Below, in pieces: positions 10,640 to 20,000 of a DNA stretch of 20,000 nt; positions within the stretch are counted from its first letter, which is position 1; each line of letters starts with the position of its first letter. The notes under the pieces were generated by a model. It was not told the DNA's origin, searched no databases, and saw nothing but the letters and a program-made list of their open reading frames with translations. Both the position numbers and the translations under genes were made by a program. This stretch comes from Psammoneis japonica (Eukaryota). Location of the stretch: NCBI GenBank assembly GCA_008632985.1, contig QPGO01000176.1, positions 133,970-153,969 of the forward strand, given 5' to 3'.

Positions 10640-11165
10640 ATGACTGTCTGGGTGCTTTTTGTGCAAATCCAAGCACCTGCACTTGATCATTGCCACAGAT
10701 GTTTTCACTCATGGGAACATTTTCAAAATTGTCACTGAAATTGTTGTGTTCAATGTCTTCATGTTGAATGTTGACACATTTGGCTGTCTGGGCAATGATT
10801 TCCACGCCGATTTGTCCACTTGTCTTCACCCACCCTCACTGGCTCAATCCTTGTGTTTCCAGTCCAGTTCCAGACGTGCCAGAAGATCGCGCATGCCACC
10901 AATGAAACAGTGCGCGTTTCTCCACTCTACAGTAGAGTAGAGAGAGAACAGAGTCGCGAAAACGAATGCAGCACGAGTACACTGGACTACAATTATTGCT
11001 TGTAGCATTCCACCGTGGCGCTGTTTTCATATCATTATGTACAGACAACAGCAAAAGACTAGAAAGATAATCATGCCTTACAGACAACAGGAACACACTA
11101 GAAAACATCGCTACTACCGCGTTCAGCTACTCGACTGCGCCCATCAACTCAACATCGACAACACC

Positions 11166-13962
11166 TTACGGAGCACGAAGCAGATTCTCCAAGGCGGTCT
11201 TGGCCATGGTGGCATAGGGTGCAGCCTCCGTCTTGAGACAAATTTTGCAAGCATTCACACCCTCTTTAAATGTGAGTTCCGCCAAGAATTGCATCGCAGT
11301 CACGGTACGCATGGAAAAGTAGACAACCTCCTGTCCCTCGGCGTTCGGTACGGGACGACGGGCAATAAAAAAGACATTGTTAGTCTTGAATTTGGCTTGG
11401 ACCTCTTCAATATCCGTCGTGGGCAAGTCGGTCACGGTGCTGTACATTTCCTTTTGGTCGTCAATCGACTTCCACGCTTCGATAAAGGCGGATCGATCCA
11501 GGGCACCGTCTGGGCTAAAGAGTGCCTCTAATGCAAAGTTGGCGGCAAAGTAAAAGACGTTGCTCGTGGCCATGTTCTTAATGGCAACTTGAATCTGTGG
11601 AGACGCTTGCTGTCCGGCAGCAACAGGTGCCAGCATAGCGGGAGTCACGACAAGCTCTACTTGGGCCGCTCCCGACGAACCATGTGGAACGTGCGGGTTC
11701 AACATAATCTGCTGACTTGCAGGGCTCAACCCAAACGCGTTCTTGTTCAACTGAATAGCCAAGTTAGATACGGGCGTCTCGGAAGAGACGTTGCGAAATT
11801 CCATTTCCATCTTGATTGCCGAGTTGATTTGATGGAAGCCAGCAAGGATTTCAATGCCGCCAGACTTGTCGGGAGTACAAACCTGGTGCATGATGGGCTT
11901 GGACTAAAGCAGTAGAGCGCGGAAAAAATGTAAAGGGGTAAGAAGACAACAGTGACAAAATTATAACAGCAACATATGGAGCAGCACGTACCACAACTCC
12001 AAAAGCATCTGGCGCCGATCGGTCGTCCGTCACAGCGAGTCCTCCCATATCTAGCAAATCCACCTGTCCGTCTTCACCATCGTCTACATCATTCTCTCCT
12101 TCATACTCCACATCTTCCTCCTCGTCTTCTTCTTCGTAAGCCTCCTCTTCGACACCCCGTCCCGCGTGCCCACGCACCACAAAGGCTTCAGGTGGCTTGT
12201 GATATACCGAACTGAGAGTGGCAATCTGTCCAATGAGCGCGTTAAGCAGCGCCGGTTCCAGCCGAAAGGTGTCATCCTCAATAACGGGCTTGTCGCCAAG
12301 CACCACCATTTTGGCTGCTTCCGGATCCGTACTGAGCAATCGCCAGTAGATAAAGCCACGATCTCTTAGGTCTGGATTGTCCGATTCCTCCGTGGCCATA
12401 TCCAAAACGCGCTGTACCATGTCTTGGGTATCTTCGGGGTTTTTCAAAAAGCACTTGACGGTTGCCGTCAGTAGTTGCAGCTGCACTGCGGGGTCTTCTT
12501 CTTCAAAGGTTTCCAAAAAGGTATCGAGCAACTCATCGGCATTGTCAATCCGCTCTGCGTATTCTCCAATAATCCAAATCATACTCGCCTTGGCAAGTGG
12601 TTCGTCGAGCGTGTCAAGATTATCACAGAGAGTGGCAATTATGCTTTCATACCGATTGGGGTAACGACGGAAAATGTCCTTAATGACAATAACGGATTCC
12701 TGCACCACATAGTTGACCTTGGTTTGAATGAGTTCAAGCAAGACGCCAATGCACCGTTCCGCGGCGCGTTCCAACTTGACGGCGCACCGTCCAATAGCCG
12801 AGACCGACTTGCGGACAAAGTCAACATCAACCTCGGTGGCGTACTCCTTGAGTTCCAAAAGGACTTGATCGATATTCTTTTCGGAAACGAGTTTAATAAT
12901 AATCTCAAGCTTTTCCATCTTGACGTAGATCGGGTCATTGTACTTGCAGAAGAAGACCTTGATCTCGTTCTCCAAAATGCTGGGACGCTTCTGCACAATT
13001 AGGTTAATGTTTCGGAGTGCCACGTACTGAACTTCCGGCTCGCTATTCAAAAGAGTAACAAGCGGTGGAGCGAGTTTGCGTGTCAGGTTGCGAACCGCGT
13101 CCGAGTTTTGGTTTCCCATGTACTCCATGTAGCTGAGAATAACTTTGACAGCACTCATCACAACCGCCGAATTGGCATGCTGCAGTCGCGGAGTGACTCG
13201 TTCGATAATTCCCTCAGCTTCTCGTCCATCCGTAGGAGTGTACTTGGCGAGCGAATCCAAAATAAAAACTTGTCCCCACTCGGTACACTCGTTGAGTGCG
13301 GCCAATAGCTTCTGCAAGACACTGGCCGAAATCTTCATGACATCCCGTCCAGACGTTTCGGCAATTTCCGAAAGAGCCGCCACGCCATTGGCCACTACGG
13401 ATGGATTGGAATCGGAAATCAAATCATGCAACACTTCTAAAAAGCCTCGTTCTTGCACCAGCGCCGGAGCAATGTCGTACAACTTGGCAACACAAACAGC
13501 AGCTGTCTTGCGGACATAGGGATCGTCATCTCGCAAAGCACGCGAGAGAGGTTCGCAGAGATACTCCGTAATGCGATCGACACGAATACAGCCCATAGTA
13601 CGGACGGCAAGTGCTCGAATAAGCGGATTGGGATCGTTGGCGTCCTTCACAAAGGTGTTTACAGCCAACAGCGTTAGTTCCGGTTGGCTCTTGGCATAAT
13701 TGATCAAGTACAGGTACACGAGCTTTTTCAATTCGATATTTCCTGTTTGAACGCAGTTCAACACATCGGTAAACAGCATAGATACGTCCTTGCCGACCGT
13801 CATGCTGGCAATTACTTTCTTTACAGCGTCCACCTTGGTGTTGCGGTCTGTCGAGTGCAATTCCAACCGGAGCTCGTGCATCTCGCCTTTTTTCTGCGTC
13901 GTAAAGAAGCGAGAGTCGGAGCCAGCCGCTCCGCCCGGACCATGACCACTATCTTTGGGCAT
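11166..13962 (-). CDS. AP1B1: AP-1/AP-2 adaptor complex beta subunit (beta-adaptin), 2 exons: 13962-11992 and 11903-11166, ~902 aa
   Basis: Adaptin N-terminal trunk ([54 protein letters not shown]), an acidic hinge, and the beta appendage ([22 protein letters not shown]). Splicing joins DAFGVV|SKPIMHQ in frame. Confidence 0.95.
11904..11991 (-). other. 88-nt GT-AG spliceosomal intron in beta-adaptin
   Basis: Minus-strand donor GTACGT at 11991, pyrimidine-rich tract, acceptor TTTAG ending at 11904. Phase 0; removal restores the reading frame. Confidence 0.9.
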
Positions 13963-14583
13963 TGTTCTTGATGTTTAGCAGTAGTGCTGCGTTATGTTTC
14001 TGTCATGCAAAAGAGAGACAGAGCAGAGAGCAGCGAAGTCAGAAACGGTATGATTGACAAGAAAAAAGCATCGCGTATCCACGGCCGGCGTAGAAAGTGT
14101 ACTGTGTTCTACGTAGCATCACGCAATCACACAACCAAGCAGCGTTGGTCTCTGTTAAAGTTGCTCTCGATACACAGCGCAGTCCATCAACCGATGCGTT
14201 ACATTCAAACGTCGCTTTTGTTGCTCACCTCAAAATGATATCAATAGAGACAAAAACACGGCGTTTGGAGAGGCGCACAACGAACAAGTGCCGACCGGTT
14301 GTCTTTGGCTGCGAGTGGACAGTGTGAATGTTGAACAAAGACCGATTATCCTCGAATATAAAGCGCTGAATAATGTACAATATATGGGCTATTCATACAC
14401 GATTGTAAATAAATTTTCAATAAAAATATGTCTATCAGTCAGTGCGGCTGTGGAATGGGTGACGATGTTGCCTGGCTGTCGATGCGTTACCGTGCCAAAT
14501 GCGCGCAAGTCGCGCGAATTGACTGACGTGTGTTGTATTCTTCCCTCCGACCTCCGACCCGCCGACACCTACCGAACCCGACC
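13963..14583. promoter_or_regulatory. Divergent intergenic region (probable bidirectional promoter) between beta-adaptin and CysRS
   Basis: Head-to-head gene arrangement with an AT-rich core at ~14355-14430. No specific element verified. Confidence 0.45.
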
Positions 14584-16318
14584 ATGGCCATTTCCCTCCA
14601 AACACAAACCATCCTTTTGAAAAGCTTCGCGATATTCACCATGGCACGCTATTCCCTTATTGCTGTTTTTTTCGTTATCTATAATGACTCTCCCATCAAT
14701 GCGTGGTCACCCACTAATTGCATACCTTTTCAAAGAAACGGAGGAATACAACAACAACGACGCCACATCAAAACATCTTCATCTTCACTCCACGCCATTT
14801 CGCAAGACGATTTGATCCTCTACAATACAAAAACACGTCAAAAAGAACCCTTTCAAACTCTTGAAAAGAATAAAGTCAGTATGTACACGTGTGGTCCGAC
14901 CGTCTACGACAGTGCGCACGTTGGAAACTTTCGTGCATTCCTGACCTATGATGTACTCAAACGAGTCTTGCTGTATCTGGGATACTCGGTAGAGCACATT
15001 TGCAACCTAACCGACGTGGATGACAAGATTATTAAAAAATGTCAGGATACGAATACGGATCTTTATACCATTACGAGAAAATATGAACAAGCCTTTATGG
15101 ATGATTTGGACGCGCTCAACATTATCCGGGCGTCCAAGTACCCCCGTGCAACAGAACACATTGATGAAATGGTCGAGTTGGTACTCATGCTGAGGGACAA
15201 GGGACTTGCCTATCAAACTGATGAGGGATCGTGGTATTTTGCAGTAGACAAAAAAGAGGGCTATGGACAACAATTGGTGCAACTCAACTTTGACGAAATG
15301 GAAGCGTCTGAGCGAAATACAGAACAAGACAAGCGCGGTGCCTTTGACTTTTGTTTATGGAAAGCCTATAAGCCCGGTATTGATTTGGAGCAAGATGCCA
15401 CGTGGGATAGTAAGGAGTTGGGAAAGGGACGGCCAGGATGGCATCTGGAATGTTCCGCTATGGCTCGAAAGTACTTGGGTGACACTATTGACGTGCATTG
15501 CGGCGGAGTGGATTTGACCTTTCCCCATCACGAGAACGAAATCGCTCAATCTGAGGGAGCCACCGACAAGGTCTTTTGTAATTGCTGGGTCCATAATGGC
15601 TTTGTCAATATTAATGACGAGAAAATGTCGAAGAGTCTCGGCAACTTTCTGACTTTGCGAGCGGCGTGTCCCAAACCAAACGAAGTCCGTGCTTATCGTT
15701 ACTTGGTGTAAGCTCACAGTACAGGAATCCGCTCAGTTTCACTCCAAAGGCCATGAGTGCCGCCAAGGGAGCACTCAAGCGAATGGACAAGATTCGAAAT
15801 GAAATTGCAGACGCATTGAAGGAGACGGTGCAAGAGGATTCATGCAGTATGAATGCCAAGGACAGCGAGATTGCCTACAAGGTGGTTCGTGCACAGATTG
15901 ACAATTTTGAAGCCGCATTGGTGGATGATTTGAGTATGCCACGAGCAGCAGCATCTCTCTTTGCCTGTGTCAAGGCTGCCGAGAATGAATTCAAACGTGT
16001 CAAGAAAGCAAAAGACGAGGGTGACGTGCCTCCTTTGGATTTGGTTGGCTTGAAAGCCGTCCAGGACGCCATGGACCAAATGGATAAGGTTTTTGGTATC
16101 TTTTATCAAGTTCCTTTAACAGAAAAGGAGCAAGAGGAATAGAGGCAAAGACCGTAGTACCCGACCAAGTACTAGACTTGGTGGAACAGAGGACAGCCGC
16201 CAAAGAGGCCAAAGACTGGGAGCTGGCGGATTCTTTGCGAGCGAGAATTACCGAACTAGGCTTTGCCGTCAAAGACGTAAAGGGAGGCGATCCAATAGTT
16301 AGTCGAGTAACAGACTAG
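14584..16318 (+). CDS. cysS: Cysteinyl-tRNA synthetase, organellar/bacterial type, with two apparent -1 frameshifts (~15707, ~16140)
   Basis: MYTCGPTVYD, HVGN (HIGH motif), NLTDVDDKII, DFCLWK, GRPGWHLECSAM, FPHHENE, KMSKSLGNF. Continues in the next frame (SSQYRNPLSF, DDLSMPRA) and a third frame (R..AK..KDWELADSLR..I..LG..VKD) to TAG 16316-16318. In-frame ATGs at 14584 and 14641. Confidence 0.92.
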
Positions 16319-16797
16319 AGCGCGCTACTCCCGTTGAGAGTTGGCATGGTGTTTTGACGTGGGACCAGTCCTGTCGAATTGGTAGCGAGAGAGTCGTGCT
16401 GCGTCGTCATCGCTGCCTTGTTTGATCACTCTGCAGGTGTCGTGAGGAGCGTTATGTTTTTAAACAGCATGTCTTAGCAGAGTTGCGTGTGACAGGCAGA
16501 TGACACTGGTTGGCTGTATCCAGTTGTAAAAATCTTCCTCTCTAACTGCCACATACTACCGGTAGCAATGGCGATGTGAGAGAGGAAAAGTCGTACTTGA
16601 AAGCTTAAGGCACACTCTACTGTCACAATTCACGACAACTACAATGTCCACTACTACTGCTGCTGCTATTTATGAGCCAACTCGGCGTAAAAGAAGCATT
16701 CGGTACTTCAGTTCCGTGCGTAAAGGATGGATCTACGTGCTGCGGTAACAACAGCTCGCATTTCCCACACTTGTTGTTATTTTGACCTGCCTCGGAG

Positions 16798-16817
16798 CCC
16801 CCCCCCCCCCCCCCNCC
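16798..16817. other. Poly-C tract containing an N (probable contig/scaffold junction)
   Basis: C17-N-CC with N at 16815. Composition changes abruptly across it. Confidence 0.75.
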
Positions 16818-17006
16818 AAACACGCATGCACGTGTTCGTCAAGCCCTTGTCAGTGCCATTTGACCAATGTAAGAGCTGCACATCCGAAGCTTCAAATGCC
16901 ACTCATCAGCCTGTTGCCAGGTTGAAATCACCGCCAATCTTTGCCAAAATTGCACTGCTTGTGGCAGAAAGCCACAACTTTCCAGGAAATGCTGCTGACA
17001 GTTGGC

Positions 17007-17155
17007 ATTTGATTGTCCACAGAGACAAAGTCTGCAGCTGACAAGCTGAGCATCTTGCATGACCAGATCCATGGTCAACAATCCTTGAGGATTTGATTGT
17101 CCACAGAGACAAAGTCTGCAGCTGTTGCATGACCAGATCCGTGGTCAACAAATCC
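17007..17155. repeat. Tandem duplication, 84-bp period
   Basis: atttgattgtccacagagacaaagtctgcagctg...ttgcatgaccagatcc[a/g]tggtcaacaa at 17007 and 17091. Confidence 0.9.
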
Positions 17156-17517
17156 TCTCGAGGAGATTGGGGTCAAGCTTGTGTCCAGTGCACTTGAGAG
17201 CATCATTCTGAGCACAGCACAACACAGCACTTGCACTCCACATGGTGAAGCAAATCAATCATGCTCTCTTCTGTGACTGCACATTCTGCAACAACAGCTT
17301 CCATCCTGCGCCTGAGTCCAGGACAGCTGAGCCTGTCTAAAAGGTCAAGAAGGAGGGCTGGGATTTCTTGAGCAGAGAACTTTGACCAAAAAGTTTTTCA
17401 CAGCACAAGAGTTGGAGAAAGGATTGAAAGCAACATGGCTTTGTTCCATCAGCCACACTTGCATGATTCTTCTTGTGTTTGCACTTGGATTTGCACTGAG
17501 CTTGCTCTGCAAGAGCA

Positions 17518-17894
17518 CTCTTGAAATGTTCTTCCTCCAACAGCAAACAAGATGTTGGAAAATTTCATTGACTTGCAGACAAGGCCCAACATCCTTCTGG
17601 GAGCAGGTCTTGGCAGCATTCTTTGGAGGGCTCCAAATCTGAAACATTCCAGGATTTTTCAACGCAGAGCCAGAAGGAGCTGCAGCATGGTCAGCAAGTT
17701 GTTGCTCTTGAAATGCTCTTCCTCCAACAGCAAACAAAGCATTGTTGGAGAGTTTCATTGACTTGCAGACAAGGCTCTCCCAGTGTTCTTCTGGAGAAGG
17801 TCTTAGCAGCATTCTTGGGAGGGCTTTAAATCTGAAACATTCCAGAATTTTTGAATGCAAAGCCGGAAGGAGCTGCAGCATGGTCAGCAAGTTG
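17518..17894. repeat. Tandem duplication, ~187-bp period
   Basis: ctcttgaaatg.tcttcctccaacagcaaacaa ... gaaggagctgcagcatggtcagcaagttg at 17518 and 17705. Confidence 0.92.
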
Positions 17895-18813
17895 CGGCAT
17901 GTGGGCACTTGCCAAGTTGCTGCTGTGGTGGCTTTTGGTGTTTTGACATCATGGCACATCTTTTCAGCCCATGGAGCTGCAAACTGTTGTTGTCCACAGG
18001 TGTGTCTGCCACTCCAACCACCAGCACATCACACCTGTCATCTTCAGTCCACCTCATTTGCTTTTGCAGCCAAGACAGCAGGCCAAGCATGCCAGAAGAA
18101 GATGATCTCTTGTGGGCAGCTGAGCTCTCAGAGAAGTCACCACGCAGTGGAGCAGCATGCAAAAGGAGAAGATGGATGGAAAGATGATGGATGACAAGAA
18201 GAGGCTGCCCCAGCTCCCCCCGCTGTTCTTGGCAGATGATTGGTGTGGTGATGGGATCCATGGAGGCAACCTGACATGAGCCAAATTGCTGAAAACCCCA
18301 TTTCTGTTGACTGGCATGCTTCTCACAATTGTCTGCACATGTGCTTGGCACTGTTTTTTCCACAGTTTTGGCCAGATTGTTTGATCTGGTGCTGGCACAA
18401 ATCATGTGTCTTCAGTTGTCATGCTTGGTCTAGAGTCAGAGATCTGTGCAAGCCAGCCAGCTGCACATGATGCCTGCACTGTTTTGTTGACTTTGACACA
18501 TGGGATCACAGCATGGCAGTGCATCTTGGTGCTTTTGTCATTTTGGTTTGGCCGCTGGTCAGCCGTCACAATGCCTCTCAATCCAGGTAAAATTTGATCT
18601 GCCATTTTGTTTTTTTTGGGTTTCTCACACCAGAGCACAAGTGTGTTGTTCATGTGGCCTGCAACAAAATGTCTGCTGTTCTGCATTGTCAGGTTTTTTC
18701 TTCTTTGTGTTTGGCATGTTTGGTGTCATTTCTTTTTGTCTGCCATTGTGGTTGTCACACTTGATTTCTGTTGTTTGTCTGTCTTTTGTGAGCTTCTCTC
18801 TGAGTGACCACCA

Positions 18814-18976
18814 TTCCGACATTTTCAAATCTGTTGTCCTTTTGACCATTCGACCACACATCATGTGTGCTTTTGTGCCAGCGGAGAAATTGCTTTCTGA
18901 CATTTTCAAATCTGTTGTCCTTTTTGACCATGACACACATCATGTGTGCCTGTGTGCCAGTGGAGAAATTGCTTTC
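18814..18976. repeat. Tandem duplication, ~81-bp period
   Basis: gacattttcaaatctgttgtccttttgaccat...cacatcatgtgtgc...tgtgccag.ggagaaattgctttc occurs twice. Confidence 0.9.
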
Positions 18977-19703
18977 ACACAACCTTTTGTGATTTCAAAT
19001 CTTTGTTGCTCTGCTGCAAGAGCAAAATGTTCCTTTTCTGAAGCCTTGGACCTTTTTCCTTCTGAGTTGCAAGCCATGCAGCTGTGTTTCTCTCATCTTT
19101 GTCATGAAAGAATGCTGAAATCAAGGTCAATGCAGGATCTCAAGATGGGGCAAAGCGAGGGTCGGCAGGAGCAGCAAGAGGCGATGTGTGCGCCGGCAGC
19201 ATTGAGAGATCGACATTGTCAGATGCTGTGCTTTTTGTCCAGACGTGTGTCCCGCTTGACAGGGTCATTGGGGTTGCATGCAATTCCGTGACAAGTGATC
19301 ATGATGGCGTCTGCAGCATGAAATGTTGTTGCATGTCTGCTGCGTTCAACTGGCGATCCTTCGCAGGCACCTCCTCTGTTTGTGTCAGAAGGTGCAGGGT
19401 GGGCGGATGTCATCCCCGTGCGCCGGCGATTCTTCCGACAAAGCAACACAGGCCTGTCATGAAAGATCAGTGGCATGAATGCCCGCATTGCCCGCATGTC
19501 ACCGTCATCGCAAAACCTCTAAAGTTTCGGTCGTTGCCATCGCCCCAAAGTCAGAATCCACAGCCCCTGCCTGCATCGTCATCGAGGCCAGAAGAGCATT
19601 CCGCTTTGTGCATTGGAAAGATTCTGGGTTGGCACTGAGTGCAATCGTTTCAACAAAACAACAGAAGAATCTCGTTCCAAACAACGCAGCTGGGCAACGT
19701 GAC

Positions 19704-19902
19704 GTCGACGGCTTCCAACCCGAGGGCAAATGACGACGAATCACCGTGCTGACATTGCCCAGCGTTTTGCCAAACAAAAAGGACAACTGCGGTGACGTCA
19801 TGTCGACGGCTTCCGAACCCGAGGGCAAACGACCAAGAACAATCACCGTGCTGATGTTGCCGGATGCACCAAAATGAACATGCGTTTTGCCCAAACAAAA
19901 GG
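19704..19902. repeat. Diverged tandem duplication, ~98-bp period
   Basis: gtcgacggcttcc..acccgagggcaaa.gac...aatcaccgtgctga[ca/tg]ttgcc...gcgttttgcc.aaacaaaa occurs twice. Confidence 0.85.
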
Positions 19903-20000
19903 ATGGTTGCGCGACAGTGCAACTGCCACACACTCTCGCGCCATGGCTCCGAAATCAAATTTGCGCAAGAGCCACAGTGCAAGTTTCGGCGAAACACTCA

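Larger units (their letters stand above)
9043..10927. other. TpA-depleted, TpG/CpA-rich island 1 (hypermutated repeat or gene relic)
   Basis: Only 2 TA dinucleotides seen in ~1885 bp (9205, 9507), even through AT-rich stretches such as 9361-9430. TA is frequent immediately outside (8939, 8961, 9041; 10928, 10933, 10938). Confidence 0.9.
16818..20000. other. TpA-depleted island 2 (repeat-rich, runs off the window end)
   Basis: Only 7 TA seen in ~3180 bp (16870, 17338, 17804, 17827, 18431, 18588, 19520). Contains four internal direct duplications. Confidence 0.9.

Noticed and set aside
9069..10940. Many overlapping Cys/His/Trp-rich ORFs in all six frames
   Set aside because: A by-product of TpA loss: with almost no TAA/TAG codons, only TGA closes frames. 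No recognisable domains.
11851..11991. C-terminal hydrophobic tail of the 703-aa ORF as a transmembrane segment
   Set aside because: It is read-through of the 88-nt intron.
15707..15712. GTAAGC as an intron donor explaining the CysRS frameshift
   Set aside because: The immediately following bases encode the conserved SQYRNPLSF motif, so they must be exonic.
16839..19997. Dense overlapping ORFs up to 263 aa
   Set aside because: Same stop-codon depletion artefact. No transposase, RT or integrase motif could be recognised, so no mobile-element family is called.

Overview
Eukaryotic genomic DNA, most likely a diatom or other stramenopile. This is inferred from the bipartite-type targeting peptides, LRG/RxL motifs, compact genes and an 88-nt intron. 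Genes: a fragmented FYVE + helical-repeat pseudogene (-), an ATP-grasp amino-acid-ligase-like gene (-), a secreted proline-free collagen-like protein with 204 Gly-X-Y triplets and a bacterial-type Cys/Trp N-domain (+), a two-exon AP-1/AP-2 beta-adaptin (-) and an organellar cysteinyl-tRNA synthetase with two -1 frameshifts (+). The most striking signal is compositional. Two repeat-rich islands (about 9043-10927 and about 16818-20000) have lost almost all TpA dinucleotides (hand count 2 in ~1.9 kb and 7 in ~3.2 kb) and are rich in TpG/CpA. TpA loss persists where CpG is intact, surviving TpAs show a context bias, and duplicated copies differ by TA/TG and CA/TG. This looks like region-targeted TpA->TpG/CpA (A-to-G) hypermutation, the mirror image of fungal RIP, and may be an undescribed repeat-defence system. 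All counts are by eye.
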